Shown here piece by piece: positions 54,201-62,000 of a stretch of DNA of 64,000 bases (its first letter is position 1; the number at the start of each line of letters is the position of its first letter). Origin of the DNA: Longimicrobium sp. (GTDB taxonomy: Bacteria; Gemmatimonadota; Gemmatimonadetes; Longimicrobiales; Longimicrobiaceae). Location: the NCBI GenBank assembly GCA_036377595.1, contig DASUYB010000175.1, positions 21,191 through 85,190 on the forward strand, given 5' to 3'. The notes under the pieces are model-generated. The model saw nothing but the letters and a program-made list of their open reading frames with translations, did not search any database and had not been told where the DNA came from. A program made the translations under genes and the position numbers.

Positions 54201-57200
54201 GGAAGAGGCTGGCCGCGCTCACCCCCAGCGCGCGCGCCCGGGCGCGCAGCCGGAGCGCGAGGTCGGAGTCCAGGTGACGCTCGGCCTCGTGCGTCTCCGA
54301 CCCGTCGCTCAGCACGTCCATCAGGCCGAACGGCGCGGTGGGCTCGGCCACGTCGGCCAGCATCTCGCGGAAGAAGCGCTCGTGCTCGGCCGGCGTCAGC
54401 CCGGCGCGCGCCTGCGCCACGAAGTTGCGGAACGGCAGCGGCGCGGGAAGCTCGCCCGCGCGCCCCAGCAGGTGCGCCTGCACCTCGGCCTGCAGCACCT
54501 CGAGCGTGGTGTGGTCGCTGACCAGGTGGTGCATGCGCAGCAACAGCAGCCACCCGCCCTCGCCGTCCTGGGCGATGTAGGCGTGCAGCATGGGCGCGCG
54601 GCGCACGTCGATCCGGCTCTGCCGCAGGCTGCTCGCCCACAGCCGGCCGGCCGCGTCGCCCTCCGCCCCGTCGAGCTGAATCTCGTCGACGGGGAGATCG
54701 GCCGAGCGCCAGACGACCTGCACCGGCTCGCGCAGCCCCTCCCACACCACGCCGGTGCGGAAGATGTCGTGGCGGGCGATGATGGCCCGCAGCGCGCCCA
54801 GGTACGCGTCGAGCCGCTCGCGGCCGGCGAAGCCGAGGAGGCTCACCAGCAGGTAGGGATCGTCGTCGCCGTGGCTCAGCAGGTGGTGGAAGAGGATGCC
54901 TTCCTGCAGCGGGGCCAGCGGGTAGATGTCCTGCACGTTGGCGGCGCCGCCCTCCACGCCCGCGACGATGCGGTCGATCTCCCCCTGGCTCAGCTCCACC
55001 AGCGGCAGCATCTCCGGGCGGATGCGATCGCACCCGGCGGGGATGGCGTTGGCGGGGACGACCACCTCGGCGGATTCGCCGCTGACCAGCGCGGCCAGCT
55101 CGGCCAGCGTGGGCGCGGTGAACAGCGCGGGGATGTCGGCGTGCAGCCCGTGCGGCCGCATCCGCGCGATCAGCGTCACCACCAGCAGCGAGTGGCCGCC
55201 CAGCTCGAAGAAGTTGTCGTGCCGGCCCACGCGCTCCACGCCCAGCACCTCGGCCCAGATCTCCGCCAGCGTCTCCTCGGTCTCACCCACCGGCGGCTCG
55301 TAGGCGCGCCGCGCGTACGCGTCCGCGCCGGGGGCGGGAAGCGCGCGGCGGTCGACCTTGCCGTTCTGCGTGAGCGGAAGCGCCTCCAGCCGCACGTAGG
55401 CGGCGGGGACCATGTGCTCCGGCAGCCCGGCCAGGTGCGCGCGCAACTCGTCGATCCCGATCTCCGGGCCCGCGTAGTACGCCACCAGGCGCTTATCGCC
55501 CGGCGAGTCCTCGCGCGCCACGACGACGGCCTCGCGCACGTCGGGATGGTCGGCGAGGCGCGCCTCGATCTCGCCCAGCTCGATGCGGAAGCCGCGGATC
55601 TTCACCTGGAAGTCGTTGCGGCCCAGGTACTCCAGCATCCCGTCCGCCCGCCAGCGCGCCAGGTCGCCGGTGCGGTACAGCCGCGCGCCCACCTTGCCGG
55701 AGAACGCGTCGGGGACGAAGCGCTCCGCCGTCAGCTCGGGACGGTTCAGGTAGCCGCGCGCCAGCTGCACGCCGCCGATGTGGATCTCGCCCGTGACGCC
55801 CACCGGCACCGGCTCACCCGAGGCGTCCAGCACGTAGATGCGCGAGTTGGCGATCGGACGACCGATCGGCACCGATGCCGCACGATCGCGCTCCGCGTCG
55901 AAGCGGTGGATCATGCAGCCGACGGTCGCCTCGGTCGGCCCGTACTCGTTGTAGATCTCCGCACCGCCCAGCGCGCGCTGCGCGGCTTCGGCCACGGCCG
56001 TCTTCAGGTCCTCGCCGCCGAGGATCAGCGCGCCCAGGCGGCGCGTCTCCTCATCCCCCTGCTGCAGCAGCGCGAGGTGCGCCGGCGTCAGCTTAGCGAC
56101 GTCGACCCGGTCCTCCCCGATCACCCGCAGGACGGGGAGATCGGAAGCCTCTCCCTCGCGGTACACCACGATCGTCCCGCCCGTGATGAGGGGGACGTAG
56201 ATCGAGGTGACGGTGAGGTCGAACGCGATCGACGAGTAGAGCGGGAAGGTGCTCGCCTGGCCGCCAGCGTAGGTGTTCGCCGCCCAGGTGGCGTAGTGCG
56301 TGAGACCGCGATGGGGGACGACGACGCCCTTGGGACGGCCGGTGGAGCCAGAGGTGTAGATGACGTACGCCGCGTGCTCGGGAGTGACCGCGCGCGCCGG
56401 GTTCGTCTCCGCCTGATCGGCCCACGCCTCCGCATCGGCATCGACGCGAACCAGCGGCAGGGTGGCGTCCGCGAAGCGCTCCGGCAGCGAGCCGTGCGTC
56501 AGCAGCAGCGCGGGCGCGCTGTCGGCGAGCATGTACTGCAGGCGCTCGTCGGGGTAGCCGGGATCCATCGGCACGTACGCGCCTCCGGCCTTGATGACGG
56601 CGAGCAGCGCCACCACCATCTCCAGGCTGCGCTCCATGCATACGGCCACCGGCACGTCCGGCCCGACGCCCATCCCCGCGAGGTGGTGCGCGAGGCGGTT
56701 CGCGCGGGCGTTCAGCTCCGCGTAGGTCAGCGACTCGCCCTCGAACTCCGCGGCGACGGCGTGCGGCGTGCGCTCCACCTGCCGCTCGAACAGCTCGTGC
56801 ACGCAGCGGTGGCCCGGGAACGGCGAGTCCGTCGCGTTCCACTCCTCCACCACCTGCCGCCGCTCGCCGTCCGAGAGCAGCGCCAGCTCGTCCACGCGCA
56901 GCGTGTCGTCCGCCACCATCTGCTCGAGGACGCGGCGGAAGTAGCCCACGTGCCGCAGCACCGTCGCCTCGTCGAACAGCGCGGTGGCGTACTCCAGCCG
57001 GCCGGAGATGCGGTCGTTCCCCTCTTCGAGCGAGAGGTCCAGGTCGAACTTCGCCGTCGTCCCCGAAACCGCGGGGAGCGCCGCGGCCTCAACGCCGGGA
57101 AGCTCCAGCGGCGCGCCGTCGTTGTTGTGCCAGGTGAACATCACCTGGAAGAGCGGCGTGTGCGCCAGGTTGCGCACGGGATCGGCGATCTCGACGACCC

Positions 57201-58830
57201 GCTCGAAGGGGATGTCCTGGTTCCGCTGCGCGCCCAGCGTGCCGACCTTGGCCTGCGCCAGCAGCTGCGCCACCGTGGGCCGCGCGGAGAGGTCGAAGCG
57301 CAGCGCCAGCGTGTTGACGAAGAAGCCGATCAGCCCCTCGATCTCGCGCCGCCCGCGGTTGGCCGTCGGCGCGCCGATGACCACGTCGCGCTGGCCCGAG
57401 AGCCGGCTCAGCACCGTCGCCCATCCCGCCAGCAGCGTCATGAAGAGCGTGGTGCCGTGACGGCGGCCCAGCGAGCGCAGCCCCTCCGTCAGCGCCGCGT
57501 CGAACTCCAGCGACACCGAGCCGCCTCGATGGTCCATCCGCAACGGACGCGGGCGGTCGGTGGGGAGCTCGAGCAGCGCGGGCGCGCCGGCCAGCGCCTC
57601 GCGCCAGTACGACGCCTGCGCCTCGAGCACATCGCCCTCGACGAAGCCACGCTGCCAGACGGCGTAGTCCGCGTACTGGACGGGGAGCGGGAGAAGGGGA
57701 TCGGGCTGCCCCGCGCGGAACGCGGCGTACAGCGCGCCCAGCTCGCGGCTGAACACGCCCAGCGACCACCCGTCCGAGACGATGTGGTGCATGGTGACGA
57801 GGAGGACGTGGTCGTCCTCGGCCATGCGCACCAGCCGGCCGCGGAGCAGCGGGCCGTGCTCCAGGTCGAACGGCGCGACGGCCTCCTCGGCCGTCAGCCG
57901 CGCCAGCGTCTCCTCCGCGGCCGCGTCGCCACGGAGATCGTGCTCGGCCAGCGCGAAGCCGCCTTCCAGCGCCGGCGCGATACGCTGCACCGGCGCGCCG
58001 TCCTCGAGCGCGAACGTGGTCCGCAGCGCCTCGTGGCGCGCGACCAGCGTGTCGAGCGCGCGAAGCAGGGCGTCGCGGTCCAGCGCGCCGCGCAGGCGGA
58101 AGCCGCGCGGGATGTGGTAGGTGCCGCCCAGGTTGCCGAGCTGTTCCAGGAACCACAGCCGCTGCTGCGCGAAGGAGAGCGGCAGGTCGCCGTCCCGCTC
58201 CACCGTCTCGATCTCCGAGAACGCGGAGGGCGGCGTCCGCTCCACCATCGCGGCGAAGTCGGCCAGGACGGGGCAGAGGAAGAGGACCTGCGGCGGAAGG
58301 TCGCGCCCCAGCGCGTCGCGCACGCGCGAAAGCACGCGCACGGCCAGCAGCGACTGACCGCCGTTCTCGAAGAAGTTGTCGTGCCGGCCGACGCGCTCCA
58401 TCCCCAGCACCTCGGCCCAGATCCCCGCCAGCACCTGCTCCGTCTCGCCGACGGGAGGCTCGTAGCCGCGGGTGACCCAGGCGTCGTCGCCGGGCTCGGG
58501 GAGCGCGCCGAGGTCCACGGAGCCGTCTTCCGCGCGCGGGAAGGCGTCCAGGCGCATGTAGCCGCCCGGCACCATGTACTCGGGCAGGTGCCCCAGCATG
58601 TGCGCGCGGAGGCTCTCCCCTGCCACTTCGACGCCGGGCTCGGCCAGGTAGTAGGCGATCAGGCCCTTCTCGCGGGCCGCTAGCCTGCGGTTGTCCACCA
58701 CCGCGTCACGGACCGCGGGATGCTGGACGAGCGCGGCCCGGATCCGCTCGAGGTCGACCTGGCGGCCTCGGACGTTCCGCACCCATTCCAGCGCCCGGGC
58801 AAGGCCCGCGGTCTCTTGTTCGCTCTTCAT
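42214..58830 (-). CDS. Non-ribosomal peptide synthetase 'NRPS-A', 5538 aa: (degenerate A-subdomain)-T / C-A-T / (E/C)-A-T / C-A-T / C-A-T / C-A-T plus a short C-terminal docking tail
   Basis: One uninterrupted ORF with an ATG start. Five A3 cores lie at ~56328, 53075, 49893, 46724 and 43555. There are six carrier motifs. There are four LCL-like C domains (HHI[VI][SF]DGWS) and one [15 protein letters not shown]-type domain. There is no TE. The protein ends ...[28 protein letters not shown]. Confidence 0.97.
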   Translation of the reverse strand: MKSEQETAGLARALEWVRNVRGRQVDLERIRAALVQHPAVRDAVVDNRRLAAREKGLIAYYLAEPGVEVAGESLRAHMLGHLPEYMVPGGYMRLDAFPRAEDGSVDLGALPEPGDDAWVTRGYEPPVGETEQVLAGIWAEVLGMERVGRHDNFFENGGQSLLAVRVLSRVRDALGRDLPPQVLFLCPVLADFAAMVERTPPSAFSEIETVERDGDLPLSFAQQRLWFLEQLGNLGGTYHIPRGFRLRGALDRDALLRALDTLVARHEALRTTFALEDGAPVQRIAPALEGGFALAEHDLRGDAAAEETLARLTAEEAVAPFDLEHGPLLRGRLVRMAEDDHVLLVTMHHIVSDGWSLGVFSRELGALYAAFRAGQPDPLLPLPVQYADYAVWQRGFVEGDVLEAQASYWREALAGAPALLELPTDRPRPLRMDHRGGSVSLEFDAALTEGLRSLGRRHGTTLFMTLLAGWATVLSRLSGQRDVVIGAPTANRGRREIEGLIGFFVNTLALRFDLSARPTVAQLLAQAKVGTLGAQRNQDIPFERVVEIADPVRNLAHTPLFQVMFTWHNNDGAPLELPGVEAAALPAVSGTTAKFDLDLSLEEGNDRISGRLEYATALFDEATVLRHVGYFRRVLEQMVADDTLRVDELALLSDGERRQVVEEWNATDSPFPGHRCVHELFERQVERTPHAVAAEFEGESLTYAELNARANRLAHHLAGMGVGPDVPVAVCMERSLEMVVALLAVIKAGGAYVPMDPGYPDERLQYMLADSAPALLLTHGSLPERFADATLPLVRVDADAEAWADQAETNPARAVTPEHAAYVIYTSGSTGRPKGVVVPHRGLTHYATWAANTYAGGQASTFPLYSSIAFDLTVTSIYVPLITGGTIVVYREGEASDLPVLRVIGEDRVDVAKLTPAHLALLQQGDEETRRLGALILGGEDLKTAVAEAAQRALGGAEIYNEYGPTEATVGCMIHRFDAERDRAASVPIGRPIANSRIYVLDASGEPVPVGVTGEIHIGGVQLARGYLNRPELTAERFVPDAFSGKVGARLYRTGDLARWRADGMLEYLGRNDFQVKIRGFRIELGEIEARLADHPDVREAVVVAREDSPGDKRLVAYYAGPEIGIDELRAHLAGLPEHMVPAAYVRLEALPLTQNGKVDRRALPAPGADAYARRAYEPPVGETEETLAEIWAEVLGVERVGRHDNFFELGGHSLLVVTLIARMRPHGLHADIPALFTAPTLAELAALVSGESAEVVVPANAIPAGCDRIRPEMLPLVELSQGEIDRIVAGVEGGAANVQDIYPLAPLQEGILFHHLLSHGDDDPYLLVSLLGFAGRERLDAYLGALRAIIARHDIFRTGVVWEGLREPVQVVWRSADLPVDEIQLDGAEGDAAGRLWASSLRQSRIDVRRAPMLHAYIAQDGEGGWLLLLRMHHLVSDHTTLEVLQAEVQAHLLGRAGELPAPLPFRNFVAQARAGLTPAEHERFFREMLADVAEPTAPFGLMDVLSDGSETHEAERHLDSDLALRLRARARALGVSAASLFHVAWAQVLSRASGQPDVVFGTLLFGRMQGGEGADRVLGVFINTLPVRVRVDGQGVEDAVRDTHRTLARLLRHEHASLALAQRCSGVQAPTPLFTTLLNYRHGYGDGGSGGIRVDEAESRQAWDGIRMLRGEERTNYPLTLSVDDWGEGFTLTPQVDVSIDPARISELMHAALERLVDALETAPETAVAAVDVLPESERRLVVDAWNRREMAPARERCAPDLFEEHAARAPEAIAVVAGEVELTYGELNRRANRLAHHLAARGVGPDVRVALCVERGAEMMVALLGVLKAGGAYVPLDPSHPAERIAAVLQDAAPALVLTQSHLADALAGFGVPLVDLSAPEAFAGEPDVNPARAGLTPRHVAYVIYTSGSTGTPKGVMVEHRSLCMQVEGLQAGLGIGPGDRVLQFAPVTFDASVEQIFGAILSGAASVLRSDAWLESAETFWARCERHGVTVTDLPVRFWQLLVGEEGVAIPPCVRLVETGGEAVEPAMLAAWFRRGGYLPELRNLYGPTEATVNATLQEVTRDPQSWRSIGRPVLHARVYVLDEQGRPAPVGVAGEIHVGGGQVARGYLNRPELTAEKFVADPFSGEPGARLYRTGDLARWRADGTLEFLGRTDFQVKIRGFRIELGEIEAKLADHPDVRETVVVAREDAPGEKRLVAYWAGEGEVDAAALREHLAARLPEYMVPAAFVRLEALPMTPSGKADRKALPAPESDAWSTREFVAPMGETEEALAEIWAEVLGVDRVGRNDHFFELGGHSLLAVQAITRVREALQAEIPLRALFERPVLADFTRALGDAVHTELARIEAVERGADLPLSFGQQRLWFLEQFGGLGSAYQMRWRRRLRGALDRDALVRALDALVARHETLRTTFPRVDGAPVQRIAPAAESRFPLVEIDLTRDAGAEDALVRVLAEEATARFDLEQGPLVRGRLIRMAPDDHVLLVTVHHIIFDGWSSDVFGRELGALYAAFRAGEPNPLSPLPIQYADYAAWQRRWIEGEVLETQAAYWQRKLAGAPALLELPTDRPRPARMDHAGASVWVELDEELTAGLKALSLRHGTTLFMTLLAGWAATLGRLSGQGDVVVGSPSADRGRREVEGLIGFFVNTLALRVDLSDTPTVAELLRQVKAATLEAQQNQDIPFERVVELVDPVRSLAHTPLFQVMFVWQTNDLGTTELPGLEPAPLPSVSGATAKFDLALSLEEGASRIAGELQYATALFDEATVVRYLGYLRRVLRQMVADDRLRVDELTLLSDAERREVVEEWNATEAEYASDACIHQLFERQAERTPDVVAVEFEGETITYGELNRRANRLAHDLAARGVGPDGRVAICMERSLETVVALLGVLKAGGAYVPLDPAYPEDRLRFMLADSAPAAVVTHAGQRVAAESLFAEMEIPVVALGGGAEANGPDWDPQPAGLTPDHLAYVIYTSGSTGHPKGVLVPHRGVVNFFGWMRKVWVTSPDDRILQRWPVAFDASVPAFFVPLLAGARLVLPREREAMDPSELIDLVARHGITSLGVVPELLRALLRHPRFGELASLRNVNCAGDALPAELAEEFRGRLGVSLRNMYGATEASIVSTSILYEAGNSGAIVPIGRPLDNNRVYVLDRRGDPVPAGVPGEVYIGGVQVARGYLNRPELTAERFVPDPFGREPGARLYRTGDLGRWRADGALDFLGRADFQVKIRGFRVELGEIQSRLLEHPSVCEAVVIARRDGPGDQRLVAYCVGAEDVDVAALRAHLAARLPEHMVPAAYVWLDHIPLGSSGKVDRRALPAPAEDAYARRAYEPPVGTTEEVLAGIWCEVLGTERVGRHDSFFDLGGHSLLAVQVTSRVREALGAEVALRDVFERPVLSDFARAVDAAAHAELPAIEVAERESDLPLSFAQQRLWFLEQLGNLGSTYHVPRRRRLRGELDRDALVRALDALVARHEVLRTSFAQVDGAPVQRIASETRFALIEHDLTADPAAEETLAGLMEDEAEAPFDLEHGPLIRGRLIRMAADDHVLLITMHHIVSDGWSSGVFSRELGALYAAFRAGGENPLPPLPIQYADYAVWQRRWIEGEVIEAQASYWRQALAGAPALLELPADRPRPARMDHTGASVRVELDETLTAALKALSRRHGTTLYMTLLAGWAAVLSRLSGQADVVVGSPSANRGRREIEGLIGFFVNTLALRVDVSGSPTVAELLGRVKARSLGAQANQDIPFERVVEVVDPARSVAHAPLFQVMLSLQNNPGGALEFPGLEMQQLPGTSAVMAKFDLSLSLEEESGRIEGELEYATALFDEGTVRRYAGYLRRALQQMAADDTLRVDELALLSGAERSFVVDEWNATEMEYPREATIHELVERQAERTPDAVALVFHDDEVTYAELNRRANRVAHHLAARGVGPDVRVAVCLERSPEMVVAMLGVLKAGGAYVPLDPAYPEDRLRYMLEDSAPACVLADAAQRGTMADLVAGLDVPVLSIGEAADGPESNPARAGVGPENLAYVIYTSGSTGRPKGVMNTHGNVVQRVSWAQAAWRLGQDETMLSHTTLSFDGSIRELVWPLTVGARIVLAEGARPDPEALVRLMRREGVTALNAVPALLQLLVDRPEVASLARVRRVLCGGDVLPGSLLARSRERLSGATIHNLYGPSEAATAVAALDCGGMTDARVPIGRPMANSRTYLLDRSGQPVPVGVAGELYIGGASVARGYLGRAALTAERFVPDPFGREPGARLYRTGDLARWRPDGMLEFLGRNDFQVKVRGFRVELGEIEARLAEHPSVREAVVAAREDAPGDQRLVAYYLGADAGAEALRAHLGERLPEHMVPAAYVRLESLPLTPTGKLDRRALPAPAEDAYARRAYEAPVSEAEAAVAAIWAELLGVERVGRNDGFFELGGHSLLAVQVISRVREALGTEVSLLDLFERPVLADFARGAESSRRSALPAITPRVHGVHPPLSYAQQRMWFLDSLGADAWAYRIFHATRLRGELDEVALERALARIVARHEALRTRFVQVDGVPRQRIASVEEHAFALELDDLQGVEDVDGALQLAMAAESTAPLDLEHGPLFRARLVRLAADEHVLLVTLHHIVFDGWSSGVFHRELGELYAAYRAGRPDPLPPLPIQYADYAVWQRRALDDATLEAQARWWTETLQGVPAVLTLPTDRPRPERPDFAGAVLRGIELDETLTAGLKALSRRHGTTMYMTLLAGWATVLSRLAGQEDVVVGTPTANRGQREIEGLIGFFVNTLALRVGVGGSPTVADLLKQVKATTLGAQQNGDIPFERVVELVDPVRSLAHNPLFQVMFTVQNNPGGPLELPELDASPVGGEAAATARYDLALTLSEVEGRMRGVLLYATALFDEETVRRYVGYLRRVLEQMVADDAQPVAALALADEGERARVVEEWNRTDSAYEGGLCIHELFERQVERTPDAVAVVFEDESLTYAELNRRANRVAHHLRALGVGPDARVAVCMERSAEMPVALFGVLKAGGAYVPLDPDYPSDRLRYMLADSAPAAVLTKTRQRDGLASIFEGLEMPVVAVDGDLPAGPETNPARMGSPANLAYVIYTSGSTGKPKGVMNTHANVANALAWAQETWALGGGDAMLQRMSSSFDVSVREFFWPLTVGARLVVVRPEGHRDPAHLVELIRRAGVTTATFPPSMLLEFLEHPDVAGCTSLRQVLSGGEPLPAGLMGRLRSRLPGVTLDHMYGPTEATVAVTRRRPVEGEAVGASLGRPTPNCRIYVLDERGAPAPVGVTGEILIGGVQVARGYLDRPALTAERFVPDPFAGGGARLYRTGDLGRWRADGTLEFQGRADFQVKIRGFRVELGEIEAKLAAHPAVREAVVAAREDEPGLQRLVAYYVGPEVGAEVLRTHLGEQLPEYMVPAAYVRLERLPLTTSGKVDRRALPAPDADAYARRAWEAPEGETEELLAEIWAEVLGVARVGRNDDFFELGGHSLLVVRVATRIRDEVGVDLGMREIFEAPVLATLAERVVDAQLAQFDPEELARLAEAAGESFSFPSA
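42217..45465 (-). other. NRPS-A module 5: divergent C, then A-T and a docking tail
   Basis: The C domain starts [17 protein letters not shown] at ~45377-45420 and carries [10 protein letters not shown]3 core (SGSTGKPKG) at ~43555-43598. T Ser at 42412-42414. Hand code DVRTLGMVAK (Arg at position 239; unassigned). Confidence 0.78.
45466..48630 (-). other. NRPS-A module 4: C-A-T
   Basis: C motif at ~48545-48585. A3 core at ~46724-46768. T Ser at 45583-45585. Hand code DGRNLGLTAK (Arg at position 239; unassigned). Confidence 0.78.
48631..51810 (-). other. NRPS-A module 3: C-A-T
   Basis: C motif ([12 protein letters not shown]) at ~51725-51762. A3 core (SGSTGHPKG) at ~49893-49937. T Ser at 48745-48747 (FFDLGGHSL). 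Hand code DAPGNAMIVK (unassigned). A5 reads NMYGATE rather than GPTE. Confidence 0.78.
51811..55065 (-). other. NRPS-A module 2: E/C-like condensation domain, then A-T
   Basis: [25 protein letters not shown] at ~54855-54927. The N-terminal HH motif is offset by one residue from HH[IL]xxxxGD. The second motif is [10 protein letters not shown]3 core at ~53075-53120. T Ser at 51925-51927. Hand code DAEDEGLVNK (unassigned). Confidence 0.72.
55066..58200 (-). other. NRPS-A module 1: C-A-T, predicted Asn
   Basis: C motif at ~58147-58190. A3 core at ~56328-56370. T Ser at 55189-55191. Hand code DLTKIGEVGK against the canonical Asn code DLTKLGEVGK. Confidence 0.8.
58201..58830 (-). other. NRPS-A N-terminal loading region: relic of an A-domain C-terminal subdomain (aa 1-112) plus carrier domain T0 (aa ~125-198)
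   Basis: The region aligns to the A8-A10 part of the other A domains but is degenerate. [12 protein letters not shown] replaces [24 protein letters not shown] replaces PNGKIDRRALP, so the invariant A10 Lys is Ser (codon 58519-58521). T0 reads [10 protein letters not shown], with its Ser at 58351-58353. Confidence 0.8.
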
Positions 58831-58881
58831 GCACCCACCGTTGATTGCCGGCCCGCCAGCCCTTCGGCTCGCGCGCGGATC

Positions 58882-58910
58882 GGGCGGACGCCGCGGCGTC
58901 CGCCCCTTTT
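58882..58910 (+). terminator. Plus-strand-oriented terminator-like hairpin (GC stem followed by CTTTT) in the 5' leader of NRPS-A
   Basis: GGGCGGACGC-cg-GCGTCCGCCC at 58882-58905, followed by CTTTT at 58906-58910. No plus-strand gene reads into it. On the minus strand it is preceded by AAAA and lacks a U-tract. Confidence 0.2.
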
Positions 58911-58994
58911 AGTCCTAAGTCCTGGGTCCTAAGTCCTAAGTGCTTCGTCCTTGGTCACTTAGGACTTAGGACTTGGGACTTAGGACTTTGGACT
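58911..58994. repeat. Heptamer palindromic element, copy 3: 32-nt arms, a 13-nt loop, and one extra degenerate unit
   Basis: Left arm AGTCCTAAGTCCTGGGTCCTAAGTCCTAAGTG at 58911-58942. Loop CTTCGTCCTTGGT at 58943-58955. Right arm CACTTAGGACTTAGGACTTGGGACTTAGGACT at 58956-58987. TTGGACT at 58988-58994. It lies between the PKS stop (59044) and the NRPS-A ATG (58830). Confidence 0.95.
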
Positions 58995-59043
58995 CGTCGT
59001 TGTTCGTCCAGCGGCGGGAGACGAATCCCCCGCCGATCCCCCG

Positions 59044-62000
59044 TTACTCCCCGACCAGCACCTGGTGAACCGCCTCGACGTGCGGGAAGCGCATGGCCTC
59101 GGAGTGCGCGCATGCCACCGGCAGCACCTCGACGTCGGTGTTCAGCGCGCGCTTCCACCCGTACGAGTCGGCGTGCGGCTCGCCCAGGCCCCACTCGCCC
59201 AGCCGGTTCATGATCGAGAACGGCCCCAGGCCGCACCGGACCAGCTTCACCTTCGTCCCGTTCAGGGAGCGGGGCGCCGCGTAGCCGGCGAGGTTCGAGC
59301 GGTTGCTGTAGTCGTCCACCGTCTTGTCGACGGAGGCGGGCTCCAGCGACGCGCCGCGGATGCGGTCGTCGAGGTAGCGGTCCACCACCGCCAGCGCCTG
59401 CTCCATGTCCGCCTCGGCGCCCTCGAACTCGTCGAGCACGCGCGCGGGGACGGCCCCGTCGGGGGCCAGCGCCTCGAGCACGGCGGTCTTGATGAAGAGC
59501 CGCTTGAGCTCGTCCTCGTTCTGCGCCTCGGCCAGGCTCACGTAGGCGAAGGAGTCGACCAGCACCAGCAGGCTCACCTCGTGTCCCGCCTGGATCAACT
59601 GGTTCGCGACCTCGACCGCCACCGAGCCGCCGAAGGAGAAGCCCACCAGGCGGTAGGGCCCGCGCGGCTCCGTCTGCACGATCACCTTCGCGTACTCGGC
59701 GGCCTGGCGGACGAAGTCGTGCCGCACGTCGTCCGCCGCCCGGTCGCCCGGGCTGCCGGAGAGGACGTACACGCTGTATCCACGTCCCTCGATCGACGCG
59801 AGGTCGGTGAAGTCGTAGACGCTGTCGGCGATGCCGGGGACGCAGAACACCGGCGGCCCGGCCTTCTCGCCCACGGCCACCGCGACGGCCGTCGAAGGCG
59901 CCGGCTGCGCGTCGTCGCCCCCGCGCGCGGCCACGATCTGCTCGGCGAGGAAGACGGCGAGCCGCGCCACCGTCGGGTGCGCGAAGAAGCTCCCCGCGCG
60001 GATGGGGATTCCCACGCCGCGCTGCACGTTGTTGCGCAGCTCCGTCATCATCAGCGAGTCGATCCCCGCGTCGACGAAGTTGGTCTCGCGCTTGACGTTG
60101 GCGGTGGGCACGCCCAGCACCTTGGCCACCTCGACCTGCAGGAACTCCTCGACCACCCCGGGAAGCTCGTCCGCCGCCGAGCGCGCGATGCGCCCGGGCC
60201 ACTCGTCCGCGCCGCCCGCGGCGGCGCCGGGAGCCTCCTCCAGCAGCTCGAAGAGCGGGTCGGCCGCCGCCTTCGCGCGCCGCGAGCGGAGCTTGGCGAC
60301 GACGGCCTCGGTGCGGCCCTCCACCAGCAGCCGCTCCAGCGCCTGCTGGCCCTCTTCCTTGCCGACGAGACGGTGCTTGCCGGTGAGCCCGAGCGAGGCC
60401 GCCATCCCCTCGCCCTCCCACGCGCCCCAGTTGATGGAGAGCGCCGGGAGCCCCGCGCCCGCGCGGTGGCGGGCCAGGCCGTCCATGAAGGCGTTGGCCG
60501 CGGCGTAGTTCCCCTGCCCCGCGCCGTCGATCACCGCCGAGGTCGACGAGAAGCAGGCGAACCAGCCGATCCCGCGGTCCTTCGTCAGCTCGTGCAGCAC
60601 CAGCGTGCCGTCGACCTTGGCGCGGAACACGGTCTCGAAGCGCTCGCGGTCGAGGTGGCGGAGGATGCCGTCGCTCAGCACGCCCGCGCAGTGGAAGACG
60701 CCGGCGACCGGCTCGGCGCGCTCGAGCACCGCGGCCATGTCGTCCATCGACGCCACGTCCGCGTTCTCGACCATCACCTCCACGCCCGCCTCGCGCAGTT
60801 TCTCCACCCGCTCCAGCGCGCTCCCCGCCGGCATGCGGCGCGACAGCAGCACCAGCCGCCTGGCGCCGCGCGCGGCCAGCAGCTCGGCCACGTGCAGCCC
60901 CAGCGCGCCCAGCCCGCCGGTGACCACGCAGGCCGCGTCCGCCGGCACCGACAGCGTGCCGTCGCCCGCGCCCGCGCCGTCGAGGGAGACGATCACCTTG
61001 CCGACGCTGCGCCCCGAGGCCAGCCAGCGGAAGGCGTCGACCGCCTCCTTCAGCGCGAACTCCTTGGCCGGCAGCGGGCGGAAGTCGCCGCGCTCGAAGC
61101 CGTCCAGCACGTGCCCCATCAGGCGGCGGTACTGGTGGTCGCCGCCGGCCTCGCCCTCGCCGATCTCCAGCGCGGTGTAGGCCACGTCGGGGCGGTAGGT
61201 CCGCGCCTCCTCGTCGCTCCAGATCCCCAGCTTGCCGATCTCCACGAAGCGGCCGCCCTCGGCCATCACGTCGAAGCCGGCCTGGATGAAGTCGCCGGTG
61301 AGGGAGTTCAGCACGATGTCGACGCCCGCGCCGCCCGTGGCCTCGCGGATCGCGTCCACGAAGCGGGGGTCGCGCGAGTCGACGATGTGCTCGATCCCCT
61401 GCGACCGCAGGAAGCCCCACTTGGGCATGCTGGCCGAGGCGAACACCTCGGCGCCCACGGCCTGGGCGATCTGCACCGCGGCCTGCCCCACGCCGCCCGC
61501 GGCCGCGTGGATCAGCACCCGGTCGCCCGCCTTGATCCGCGCCACGTCGTGCAGCGCGTACCAGGCGGTCATGAACACCGTCGGCAGCGCCGCCGCGTCG
61601 CCCCACCCCAGGATCGCGGGCTTCTTCACCACCTCGTGCTCGCGCAGGACGTGGTGGCTGGCCAGGCAGCCGCGCGAGTAGGCGATCACCTCGTCGCCCG
61701 CGGCCACGCTCGTGACCGCGCTTCCCACGCGGGTGACGACGCCCGCGCCCTCGAAGCCGAAGCGCAGGTCCTGCGGCTCGCAGACGGGGATCTTCCCGAG
61801 GACGAAGAGGCACTCCTTGAAGTTCAGCGGGGCCGCCTTGATCTCCACCTCCACCTCGTCCGGGGCCAGCACCGGGATCACCGCGCCCGGCGCCGGGGCC
61901 AGGTAGAGGTTGTCGAAGGTGCCGAACGCGCGGGTCTGCAGCTGGTAGCGGCCGTCGGGACGCTCGAGCCCGGCGTTCGCGCTCGCGAGGCGATCGAGCC

